Origin: Alloprevotella sp.
GTDB lineage: Bacteria; Bacteroidota; Bacteroidia; Bacteroidales; Bacteroidaceae
DNA: 64,000 bases
Direction: 5' to 3'
Assembly (NCBI GenBank): GCA_045124135.1
Contig: JBGVLE010000076.1
Location: 19,382-83,381, forward strand
Part shown: positions 8,833 to 17,550 of the stretch, one piece after another
How positions within the stretch are numbered: the first letter of the stretch is position 1
How the letters are laid out: every line of letters begins with the position of its first letter
Program-made: the position numbers and the translations under genes
The notes under the pieces: generated by a model
Databases searched by the model: none
What the model was told of the DNA's origin: nothing
The model's input: only the letters and a program-made list of their open reading frames with translations

Positions 8833-9927
8833 TTATTGTCCGGCGGCCTTCTGGCTTTCTTGCCGTGCTGTCGAGAGCAGGCCGCAGGCGGCGAAGATGT
8901 CTTGTCCTCTTGAGGCTCTTATGGTGGTGAAGAGGCCGTGGGCGGTGAGATAGTCCCTGAAGCGTTCCATGCGTTTGTCGTCTACGCCGTGAAGCGGCGA
9001 GTCGGGGATGTCGTGGAAGCGTATGAGGTTGATGCGGCAGTCGAGGTCGCCCAGCAGGTTGAGCAGGGCGTCGGCGTGGCGCAGGGTGTCGTTCACGCCG
9101 TCGAAGAGGATATATTCAAATGAGAGCCGGCGTTGCCTGGGCGTCTGCGGGTTGCGCGGATGTTTGCGCCAGCAGTCTTGTTGGGCCAGCAGGGCCACCA
9201 CGTCGGTGATGCTCCAGGCCCGTTCGGCCGGCATCAGTCGGGCTCTTTCGGCCGGTAGGGGATGGTGAAGGCTGATGGCAAGATGGCAGGCACTCTCTGT
9301 GACGAAGCGGGGCAGACCCTTGGCGAGGCCCACACTCGACACTGTGATGCGCTTCGGACTCCAGCCGTAGCCGTCGTCGGCCGTCAACCGCTCTGTGGCG
9401 CGAAGCACGGCCTCGAGGTTGTCCATAGGTTCGCCTTGTCCCATAAACACGATGTTGGTCAGCGTGTCGCGCTCAGGAAGCGAATTGATCTGGTTGAGAA
9501 TGTCGGCTGCCGTGAGCGAGGCCACGAAGCCCTGTCTGCCGGTCATGCAGAAGGCGCATCGCATTTTGCAGCCCACCTGACACGACACGCAGAGCGTAGC
9601 CCTGTCGGCATCGGGGATATACACCGTCTCCACGAAATGGCCCTCGGCGGTGGGGAAGAGGTATTTCACCGTGCCGTCTTTGCTTCTCATCTCGTCGATG
9701 GGCGGCATGGCCCCCACTTCATAGGTTTCGGCCAGTCGGGCGCGTGCGGTCTTGGAGAGGTTGGTCATTTGGTCGATGCTCGTGGCGTGTTTGCGATAGA
9801 GCCAGTCGGCCATTTGTTTGCCCGTGAAGGCGGGCAGTCCGAGTCGTGTCGCCACATCCTTGAGTTCGGCCGTGTTGAGGCCGAGCAGGCGCTGTTTGTT
9901 GTGGGGTGATTGCTCCGTTGCGTTCAT
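8833..9927 (-). CDS. rlmN: 23S rRNA m2A2503 / tRNA radical-SAM methyltransferase
   Basis: CVSCQVGCKMRCAFC, FMGQGEP, RASRGQDIFAACGLL; start placed at MNATE (9927), upstream ORF extension is spurious. Confidence 0.95.
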   Translation of the reverse strand: MNATEQSPHNKQRLLGLNTAELKDVATRLGLPAFTGKQMADWLYRKHATSIDQMTNLSKTARARLAETYEVGAMPPIDEMRSKDGTVKYLFPTAEGHFVETVYIPDADRATLCVSCQVGCKMRCAFCMTGRQGFVASLTAADILNQINSLPERDTLTNIVFMGQGEPMDNLEAVLRATERLTADDGYGWSPKRITVSSVGLAKGLPRFVTESACHLAISLHHPLPAERARLMPAERAWSITDVVALLAQQDCWRKHPRNPQTPRQRRLSFEYILFDGVNDTLRHADALLNLLGDLDCRINLIRFHDIPDSPLHGVDDKRMERFRDYLTAHGLFTTIRASRGQDIFAACGLLSTARQESQKAAGQ

Positions 9928-10082
9928 AGGCGGTGTTTTGTCTGCAAAATTACGCAAAAAACTCTGAAGCGGCGAATATTTTCCGAGGCATGATGAATGG
10001 GTTTCGGGTATGGGCGCAAGCAAAAGCGGCCATCTCCCGATAAAGGAGACAGCCGCTATGCGTGTCGAAGATGACGTTCTGT

Positions 10083-10253
10083 TTATTCGCCCGGAGCGAT
10101 GGCGCCGGAGGGGCAGACATCGGCGCAGGTGCCGCAGTCTACACATACAGAGGGGTCGATTGAATACTTTTCGCCTTCAGAGATGGCGCCACTGGGGCAT
10201 TCGCCGATGCAGGTGCCGCAGGCGATGCAGTCGTCGCTAATTACGTAAGCCAT
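10083..10253 (-). CDS. 2x[4Fe-4S] ferredoxin, 56 aa (not in ORF track)
   Basis: Manual translation MAYVISDDCIACGTCIGECPSGAISEGEKYSIDPSVCVDCGTCADVCPSGAIAPGE; two CxxCxxCxxxCP motifs. Confidence 0.95.
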   Translation of the reverse strand: MAYVISDDCIACGTCIGECPSGAISEGEKYSIDPSVCVDCGTCADVCPSGAIAPGE

Positions 10254-10665
10254 TGTGTGTAATGTTTTGAAGTTTGATATTAAAAATGAAATGTCTTTGT
10301 CGTGACTCGCGGCCTTTTTGCGCCTTGAGTTAAGGCAAAGTTAGGATAACGCCCAATAACGGCCAAGTGTTTTGCCCGCTTTTTTTGTTTTGGGAGAAAA
10401 ATATAAGGTTTTGTCAATGGGGGATGTGCCGCACGCCCTCGTTTGTGCGTCGGTCGGCCATGGGCTCTGTTGATGCTGACAGATGCCCGAAAGTGCCCGC
10501 TTCAATGGCAGGATTTGACGGAATTGTGTGCCGGCCGTCGCGGGTGTGGGCGAAAAAGCCTAACTTTGCGTTGGGACGCTTGCGGCCTTTTGGCCATATG
10601 TCCCGACCATTTGCCCAGCGAAGGCCATTGGCTTTCCTTTCGTTTTACGGTTTATGTCCTTTGAT

Positions 10666-12216
10666 ATGAAAAATACCTACGTTCCCGCATCAGTCTGTCC
10701 GCTCATTGCCGCGGCCGGCGCCGTGTGCTTTGGCTTGCCGGCAAAGGCCCAAACGGCCAAGCCGCGGCCCAATGTCATTATGATTGTGGCCGACGACCTG
10801 GGCTACGGCGATCTCTCGTGCTATGGCGCCACGCGTGTCAACACGCCCAGTGTCGACAGTCTGGCGGCTCATGGCCTGCGCTTCACCGATGCCCATGCCT
10901 GTGCCTCAACCAGCACGCCCTCACGCTTTGCCCTGCTCACCGGGCTTTATCCCTTCCGCCAACGTGGCACCGACGTGGCTGCCGGCAATGCCGGTATGAT
11001 TATCCGCCCTGACACCTACACGCTCGCCGATGTGTTTCAGACGGCCGGATACACCACCGCAGCCATCGGCAAGTGGCACCTCGGACTGGGCAGCCGTACG
11101 GCACGGCAAGACTGGAACGGCATGCTCGACCAGTCGCCGGCAGACCTGGGCTTCGACTACCATTATATTATGGCTGCCACGGCCGACCGCGTGCCCTGTG
11201 TGTTCATAGAGAATGGAAGGATTGCCAATTACGACCCCTCGGCTCCCGTGGAGGTGAGCTATCAAAAGAATTTCGAAGGAGAGCCCACCGGCCGAGACAA
11301 TCCCGAACTGCTCACCAAACTGCGCCCCAGCCACGGCCACGACCAGAGCATCGTCAACGGCATCTCGCGCATAGGCTATATGAAGGGGGGCGGCAAGGCG
11401 CTGTGGCGCGACGAAGACATTGCCGATTCCATCTCAAGCCACGCCATAAGTTTCATTGAACAGGCAGGCAATCGCCCCTTCTTCATCTATCTCTGCACCA
11501 ACGACGTGCACGTGCCCCGTATGCCACACGAGCGTTTCCGCGGGAAAAGTCCGATGGGGCTGCGTGGCGAGGCCATTTTGCAGTTTGACGAGACCGTGCG
11601 CCAAGTGACCGATGCTCTGCGCCGCCTCGGACAGGCCGACAACACCCTGATCATCTTGACCAGCGACAACGGCCCGGTGCTCGACGACGGTTATGCCGAC
11701 CGGGCCGTCGAACTGGCGGCCTACCACCGGCCGGGCGGCACGTTCAGGGGCGGGAAGTACAGTGCCTATGAAGCCGGCAGTGCCGTGCCCTTTATTGTCA
11801 GCGGTCCCGGCGTCAAGCATCCCGGCACCACGTCGGCGGCCTTGGTTTCCCAGATTGACGCCTTGCGCTCACTGGCTGCCTTAGTCGGCGTGAAAGTGCC
11901 CGACGACCTGGTCACCGACAGTCACGAAGCCTTGGCTACATGGCTCGGCCGAAACCACAAGTCGCGGCCCTATGCCGTCTCTATGGCGGCCAACCACAAC
12001 CTCAGTCTGCGCACCGACCGCTGGAAATACATTCCGCCCCATGCCGGCGGGGCCGTCATCACCTGGGGCCCGGTCATCGAGACCGGCAACAGCAGCCAGC
12101 CCCAACTCTATGACATGCGCGCTGACCGCCAAGAGCAAACCAACGTGGCCAAAGACTACAGCCGCGTGGTGAAACAACTCGCGGAATGGCTCGAAAAGGT
12201 GAAAAGCGGCGAGTGA
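10666..12216 (+). CDS. Exported arylsulfatase-family (S1) sulfatase, Ser-type
   Basis: ADDLG, S-T-P-S-R-F-A-L-L-T-G, GKWHLG, SDNG; signal peptide; TAACTTTG box at 10561. Confidence 0.9.
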   Translation: MKNTYVPASVCPLIAAAGAVCFGLPAKAQTAKPRPNVIMIVADDLGYGDLSCYGATRVNTPSVDSLAAHGLRFTDAHACASTSTPSRFALLTGLYPFRQRGTDVAAGNAGMIIRPDTYTLADVFQTAGYTTAAIGKWHLGLGSRTARQDWNGMLDQSPADLGFDYHYIMAATADRVPCVFIENGRIANYDPSAPVEVSYQKNFEGEPTGRDNPELLTKLRPSHGHDQSIVNGISRIGYMKGGGKALWRDEDIADSISSHAISFIEQAGNRPFFIYLCTNDVHVPRMPHERFRGKSPMGLRGEAILQFDETVRQVTDALRRLGQADNTLIILTSDNGPVLDDGYADRAVELAAYHRPGGTFRGGKYSAYEAGSAVPFIVSGPGVKHPGTTSAALVSQIDALRSLAALVGVKVPDDLVTDSHEALATWLGRNHKSRPYAVSMAANHNLSLRTDRWKYIPPHAGGAVITWGPVIETGNSSQPQLYDMRADRQEQTNVAKDYSRVVKQLAEWLEKVKSGE

Positions 12217-12310
12217 AGGCGAAACGTTACACTCAGCCCATTTACCGACCATTCGTGAGGCCAGAAGCGGTCGCTCCAATAGTCTAAGACGATGGCCGCA
12301 GGCTTTGCGG

Positions 12311-12597
12311 TGGTACAAAAACAGGGGTGGTGTGTGACAAAATTTATCTGAAAATCTTTTGAAAACCATCGCCGACGTCGCAGAAGCGATGGTTTTCGAC
12401 ATAAAAACGTCTTGCGTCGCTCGCGACGGCTTTTCCGACGTACGCCCATAAGGACTGTCGCCGCGGCGATAAGGACAGTTTTCTCTGTCCTTATGACAGT
12501 AAAGCACTGAATAACAATAAAAGAGGCCCCGTTAAGGGCCTCTTTTTCTTTTCTTACCTCAAAGGTAAGACCAAACGGCTGGTCGTAAAAAGACAAA
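12311..12597 (-). repeat. Dispersed ~285-bp intergenic element, copy 2
   Basis: Unit centres 12448/12469/12490; perfect hairpin 12519-12546; CAAAGGTA 12560-12567; AAAAGACAA 12588-12596. Confidence 0.85.
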
Positions 12598-12678
12598 GGG
12601 AGCGGGAGATGGGAGTGGCACTTTGGTCTCCGTCGTTGCAGGCCATGGCGTGCCGTCTCCGACAGAGTCTTTCCGTCG

Positions 12679-13452
12679 CTATTTGATGTGTTCGCGTATC
12701 TTGGCAAGGTAGTCGTTGAGTCCGGCTTCGTCCTTGCGGTCGATGATGTCGATGAGCGTGCCCAGTTCGTTGCGGATTTTCTCCACCTGTCCCGATGTGC
12801 GGGGATTGAAGAGAATTTCGCGCAAGAGGCAGGCATCTTCGCCCAACACTCCTTTGGCAATGGCCATGTGGCGCTTGAAGGTGGTGCCGGGGGCGTCCTG
12901 GTGTTTCATCACGGCTGCAAAGACAAACGTCGAGACGAAGGGGATGCCCAGCGAGTAGGCCACGGTCTCGTCGTGCTCTTCAAAACTGTATTCGCAGATG
13001 TGCAGGCCCAGCCGCGTGTAGAGGTCTTTGAAGAAGATGCGGCCCATATAGTCGCCCTCGGTGATGATGATGGCGTTCTCGTTGGAGAGGGCACCCAGAT
13101 TGGCAAACGTGGGGCCGAACATGGGGTGGGTGGAGACGTAGCGGTGGCCGCAAGAGGCGTAGTATTCGTGCAGTCCGGTCTTGACCGAAGCGATATCGCT
13201 CAAGATGCAGTCGGAGGGCAGATGCGGCGTGATCTCGCGAAACACGTCGAGCGTGTATTTGAGCGTCACGGCATTGATGACGAGTTCGGGCTTGAAGGCC
13301 TCGATCTCTTCGATAGTGGTGAGCCGCTCGGTGTTGTACATAAAGCGCAGGCGGCGCGGGTCGGCATCATAGACGGCCGTGGTGTGGTCGAAACTGAGCA
13401 GGTCTACGAAAAACGAACCCATCTTGCCGGCGCCGAGAATGAGGATGCGCAT
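12679..13452 (-). CDS. tyrA: Prephenate dehydrogenase
   Basis: GAGKMG Rossmann motif, SDIASVK, STHPMFGP; last gene of the aromatic operon. Confidence 0.85.
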   Translation of the reverse strand: MRILILGAGKMGSFFVDLLSFDHTTAVYDADPRRLRFMYNTERLTTIEEIEAFKPELVINAVTLKYTLDVFREITPHLPSDCILSDIASVKTGLHEYYASCGHRYVSTHPMFGPTFANLGALSNENAIIITEGDYMGRIFFKDLYTRLGLHICEYSFEEHDETVAYSLGIPFVSTFVFAAVMKHQDAPGTTFKRHMAIAKGVLGEDACLLREILFNPRTSGQVEKIRNELGTLIDIIDRKDEAGLNDYLAKIREHIK

Positions 13453-13464
13453 GGTCGTGACGGT

Positions 13465-14535
13465 TTAGTCTTTGTTCATCACGTCAATTTGCTGGCGCAC
13501 GCTCTCTTCGTGGATGGCCTCGAATACGGTCTTCATGAACTCAGAAGACATACCGCAGAGCACACCCTGGGCACCGCGCTTGTCGATAATCTCGGAGTAG
13601 CGTCCGGTCTGCACGACGGCCATACCATGTTCGCGCTTGAACTGGCCGATTTCGCGGCTGATGCGCATACGCTTGGAGAGCTGTTCGATGAGGCTGTTGT
13701 CAATCTCGTCAATCTGACGGCGCAGCGCTTCGAGGCTCTCGGTGGTCTGGGTGTTGCTGCGGATGATGAGCTTGTCGAGTATGAAGTCGAGCACGTCGGG
13801 CGTCACCTGCTGTTTGGCGTCACTCCAGGCGGCGTCGGGGCAGCAGTGGCTCTCGATGATGAGGCCGTCGAAGCCGAGGTCCATGGCTTGCTGGCAGAGC
13901 GGAGCCACGAGTTCGCGTGCGCCACCTATGTGGCTGGGGTCGCAATAGATGGGCAGGTCGGGATAGCGGCGGTGCAGTTCGATGGGGATGTGCCACATGG
14001 GCAAGTTGCGGTAGAGGCGCTTGTCGTATGAAGAGAAGCCGCGGTGGATGACGCCGAGGCGGGTGATGCCGGCGCCGTTGATGCGCTCCAGACCGCCAAT
14101 CCAGAGTTCGAGGTCGGGGTTGACAGGGTTCTTCACCAGCACGGGGATGTCTACGCTTTTGAGCGAGTCGGCCAGTTCTTGCATGGCAAAGGGGTTGGCC
14201 ACGGTGCGGGCACCAATCCAGAGGATGTCCATACCGGCTTCAAGAGCGGCCTCTACGTGTTTGGGCGTGGCCACTTCGGTGGCGATAAGCATACCCAGTT
14301 CTTGCTGCACGCGCTGCATCCAGGGCAGGCCCACCGTGCCGACGCCTTCAAAGCCTCCGGGTTTGGTGCGGGGCTTCCAGATTCCGGCGCGGAAGATTTT
14401 GATGCCTTTCTTAGCCAGACGGCCGGCGGTGTCCATCACTTGCTGTTCGGTCTCGGCCGAGCAGGGGCCGGAGATGATGACCGGACGTTTCATTTCAACG
14501 CCGGGAAAATTGAGGGGTGTGAGTTCAAGTGCCAT
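13465..14535 (-). CDS. Bifunctional DAHP synthase (type I-beta) / chorismate mutase
   Basis: GPCSAE, RAGIWKPRT, WIGART, DPSH, ESH; C-terminal LRRQIDEID..R chorismate mutase domain. Confidence 0.9.
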   Translation of the reverse strand: MALELTPLNFPGVEMKRPVIISGPCSAETEQQVMDTAGRLAKKGIKIFRAGIWKPRTKPGGFEGVGTVGLPWMQRVQQELGMLIATEVATPKHVEAALEAGMDILWIGARTVANPFAMQELADSLKSVDIPVLVKNPVNPDLELWIGGLERINGAGITRLGVIHRGFSSYDKRLYRNLPMWHIPIELHRRYPDLPIYCDPSHIGGARELVAPLCQQAMDLGFDGLIIESHCCPDAAWSDAKQQVTPDVLDFILDKLIIRSNTQTTESLEALRRQIDEIDNSLIEQLSKRMRISREIGQFKREHGMAVVQTGRYSEIIDKRGAQGVLCGMSSEFMKTVFEAIHEESVRQQIDVMNKD

Positions 14536-14559
14536 AATTATGCTTTGTTTTTTATGTTT

Positions 14560-15750
14560 TTATTTGGATGATTGGAATGCTTGACGAATGCGGGTCAGTG
14601 CCTCTGCGAGTTTCTCCTCTTTGGCACAGAGCGAGATGCGCACGTAGCGCTCGCCGTTTGAGCCGAAGATGAAACCGGGCGTGATGAAGACGCGGGCTTC
14701 GTGGAGCACACGCTCGGTGAGCGACTCGGCTGAGGGGAGGTCTTCGGGTATGCGGCCCCAAAGGAACATGCCGACCTGGTCGGCGTCGTAGCGGCAACCC
14801 ATAGCCTCCATGATTTCGCCGGCCAGCTTCCGGCGACGGCTGTAGACCTTGATGTTGGCCTCTTCGTGCCAGGCGTCGGAGTTGGCGTAGGCTGTGGCGG
14901 CGGCCAGTTGCAGCGCGCGGAACGTGCCCGAGTCGATGTTGCTTTTCACCTTGAGTATCCACGACACAAACTCGGCGTTGGAGGCCAGCATACCCACGCG
15001 CCAGCCGGGCATGTTGTGGCTCTTGCTCAACGAGTTGAACTCTATGCAGCAGTCTTTGGCGCCGGGGATTTGCAGGATGCTCAGATGCTCATGGCCGAGG
15101 ATGAAACTATAGGGGTTGTCATTGACCACCACAATGCCGTGGCGACGGGCAAAGTCTACGAGGCGTTCGTAAGTCTCACGTCGGGCTGCGGCGCCTGTAG
15201 GCATGTTGGGGTAGTTCACCCACATGATCTTCACGCCATCCAGGTCGGTCTTTTCAAGCGCATCGAAGTCCGGCTGCCAATGATTTTCGGGCCGGAGGTC
15301 GTAGTTGACAATTTCGCATCCCAATATCTTGGAGAGTGAGGTATAGGTGGGGTAGCCCGGGTTGGGCACGAGCACCTTCTCTCCCGGATTGACAAAGGCC
15401 AGAGTGACGTGGAGAATGCCCTCTTTGGAGCCGATGAGGGGTTGTATCTCAGTCTTGGGGTCGAGGTCAACGCCAAACCAACGTTTGTAAAAGCCGGCCA
15501 TGGCCTCTCGCAGTTGTGGGATGCCCGTGGTGGGCTGATAGCCGTGAGCGTCGGCCTTTTGGGCCTCACGGCAAAGCGTCTCGATGGTTTCCGGCGAAGG
15601 CGGCATGTCGGGGCTGCCTATGGCAAGCGAGATGATGTCTTTGCCTTCGGCGTTGAGGCGGGCCACTTCTTTGCCTTTTCTTGAGAAATAGTATTCCTGT
15701 ACGCAAGAGAGACGGCCGGCCGGTCGGATGGCGTGGTTATTTTCCTTCAT
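14560..15750 (-). CDS. PLP-dependent class I/II aminotransferase (probable aromatic/prephenate aminotransferase from context)
   Basis: NYPNMPTG, DNPY, SLSKSHNMPGWRVG. Confidence 0.85.
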   Translation of the reverse strand: MKENNHAIRPAGRLSCVQEYYFSRKGKEVARLNAEGKDIISLAIGSPDMPPSPETIETLCREAQKADAHGYQPTTGIPQLREAMAGFYKRWFGVDLDPKTEIQPLIGSKEGILHVTLAFVNPGEKVLVPNPGYPTYTSLSKILGCEIVNYDLRPENHWQPDFDALEKTDLDGVKIMWVNYPNMPTGAAARRETYERLVDFARRHGIVVVNDNPYSFILGHEHLSILQIPGAKDCCIEFNSLSKSHNMPGWRVGMLASNAEFVSWILKVKSNIDSGTFRALQLAAATAYANSDAWHEEANIKVYSRRRKLAGEIMEAMGCRYDADQVGMFLWGRIPEDLPSAESLTERVLHEARVFITPGFIFGSNGERYVRISLCAKEEKLAEALTRIRQAFQSSK

Positions 15751-16564
15751 ATTCTCCGAGTATTTTGAGTTCTTTGATGAGCGGTCTTACGGCGTCGATG
15801 CTTTGGCGGTAGCGCAGGTAGTCGTCGAAGCTGACATCGATGTAGAAGAGGTATTGCCATTCGCGGCCGATGATGGGCAGCGACTGGATTTTCGTAAGGT
15901 TGATTTTGTAGAAAGTAAAGATGCTGAGCACCTGAGAGAGCGAGCCTTCTTCGTGAGGCAGGGTGAAGACGAGGCTGGCCTTGTTTGACTTGTTGAGGTC
16001 GCGCAGACGGTCGGCGTTCCATGGGTCGCAGAGCACGAGGAAACGTGTGTAGTTGTGCTTGTTGTCTTCGATGGATTTCTGGAGGATGCGCAGTCCGTAG
16101 AGTTGGGCAGCTCCGGCGTGGCAGATGGCGGCGTGGCCTTTCAGGGCATTGCGGCTGATGTTTTCGGCGGCGCCGGCGGTGTCTTCCACTTCGACCACCT
16201 TGAGACGCGGATGCTTGTCGAGAAATTCCCGGCACTGGGCCAGAGCCACGGGGTGGGAGTTGACCTCAGTGAGGTCGGGCCAGTCTTGTCCCGGCAGGCA
16301 CATGATGCTATGCTCGATGTGGAGCTTATGCTCGCCGATGATGGTCATGCCGCTGTCGCGCAAGAGTTCGTAGTTGTGGAGCAGGCTGCCGGCGATGGTG
16401 TTTTCTATGGCCATCATGCCGAGGCAGTTGTCGTCGGCCTTCATGGCATCGAAGAGCCCCTTGAACGTATCACAACAGACGGGCTCAACCTCTTCGCCGG
16501 CAAAATATTCGTGGGCGGCGATGTCGTGAAACGACCCTCTGATGCCTTGGATTGCTACTTTCAT
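15737..16564 (-). CDS. pheA: Prephenate dehydratase
   Basis: QGIRGSF, AIENTIAGS, SHPVALAQC, NYTRF, ACT domain LTKIQSLP. Confidence 0.92.
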   Translation of the reverse strand: MKVAIQGIRGSFHDIAAHEYFAGEEVEPVCCDTFKGLFDAMKADDNCLGMMAIENTIAGSLLHNYELLRDSGMTIIGEHKLHIEHSIMCLPGQDWPDLTEVNSHPVALAQCREFLDKHPRLKVVEVEDTAGAAENISRNALKGHAAICHAGAAQLYGLRILQKSIEDNKHNYTRFLVLCDPWNADRLRDLNKSNKASLVFTLPHEEGSLSQVLSIFTFYKINLTKIQSLPIIGREWQYLFYIDVSFDDYLRYRQSIDAVRPLIKELKILGEYEGK

Positions 16565-16571
16565 ATTCTTG

Positions 16572-16610
16572 ATAAAAATAAATCCCGCTCCTTAGGTTGA
16601 AGCGGGATTT
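16572..16610 (-). terminator. Attenuator terminator upstream of pheA
   Basis: Minus strand AAATCCCGCT-loop-AGCGGGATTT followed by ATTTTTAT, ending a few nt before the pheA ATG. Confidence 0.85.
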
Positions 16611-16659
16611 TGAATGAGGTGATTGCTTGTTTGTTTTGGCACACAACGTCCCGCTTCGC

Positions 16660-16713
16660 TTATTCGGCAAAGTAAAAATAGGCGTAAAAGTAAAACGAGC
16701 GGTTCGTGAGCAT
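16660..16713 (-). CDS. Phe/Tyr-rich attenuation leader peptide MLTNRSFYFYAYFYFAE (not in ORF track)
   Basis: Manual translation; 4 Phe + 4 Tyr within 9 consecutive codons; followed by antiterminator and terminator. Confidence 0.9.
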   Translation of the reverse strand: MLTNRSFYFYAYFYFAE

Positions 16714-16906
16714 AAGACTCTTTGGATGTGCTTTGTCGGCGCCGGTCGGCTCATTCTGGGTGTCTGGCCGTGACGTTGCGCCTTATAGGTGTGGGTTTAT
16801 GCAGCAAAAGTAATACTATTTCGCTTAGTTAACAAAACTTTTTGCCGTTTTTTTGTTGTTGGCGTAAAAGAATGTCAGAAATGCGGGCGGCATTGTGTCG
16901 TTTTGG

Positions 16907-17536
16907 TTACCAGACGTTGTAGTGTATGTTGCTTTGGTCAAATTTGTCTTTGGGTTGTGGGTTGCCTTTGGGATAGCCCACGGGGATGAGGTTGAAGGGC
17001 ACGATGTCTTCGGGCAGGTTGAGGGCGCTCTTGACGGCCTGCATCCGCTCTTCATAAGGATAGACACCCGTCCAGACGGCTCCAAGACCCATCGACTCGG
17101 CCATCAGCAGCAGGTTCTCGGTAGCCGCCGAGCAGTCAAAAGGCCAGTTGCGAGACGGGTTCCCGTGTTTGTCGGTGACGCTCATATCGCCACACACCAC
17201 GATGGCGGCCTGGGCTTCGGGCAGCATCTTGGCAAAGGGCAGACTGTCGGACAAAGCGTCGAGTGTCTCCCGCTCGTTGATGACGACAAAACACCACGGG
17301 CGCATATCGCGGCCGGTCGGGGCTGCCATAGCGGCACGTACGAGGGTGTCGAGTTGCTCCCGGCTCACCGGCCGGTCGGTGTAGCTTCTCACACTCTTAC
17401 GACTCAAGATGTTTTCCATCACGGTCTGTTTGGGTTCAATGCCCGACTGGTTTTGCGAGACAAAGACGAGACGCACCAAGGCTGCCACAAGAGCGATGGC
17501 CAATATGAGGCACACAAATTTATATTTGTCAATCAT
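16907..17536 (-). CDS. Nitroreductase family protein with N-terminal membrane anchor/signal
   Basis: ILSRKSVRSY, AAMAAPTGRDMRPW, ENLLLMAESMGLGAVW; hydrophobic N-terminus. Confidence 0.85.
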   Translation of the reverse strand: MIDKYKFVCLILAIALVAALVRLVFVSQNQSGIEPKQTVMENILSRKSVRSYTDRPVSREQLDTLVRAAMAAPTGRDMRPWCFVVINERETLDALSDSLPFAKMLPEAQAAIVVCGDMSVTDKHGNPSRNWPFDCSAATENLLLMAESMGLGAVWTGVYPYEERMQAVKSALNLPEDIVPFNLIPVGYPKGNPQPKDKFDQSNIHYNVW

Positions 17537-17550
17537 TATGATGTGAGGTT

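Noticed and set aside
9928-10146. 73-aa N-terminal extension of RlmN in the ORF track
   Set aside because: It is an out-of-frame reading of the ferredoxin gene plus intergenic DNA containing a promoter-like box
10090-10240. Internal DNA repeat (GATGGCGCC, GCAGGTGCCGCAG)
   Set aside because: Explained by the two Cys motifs of the minus-strand ferredoxin
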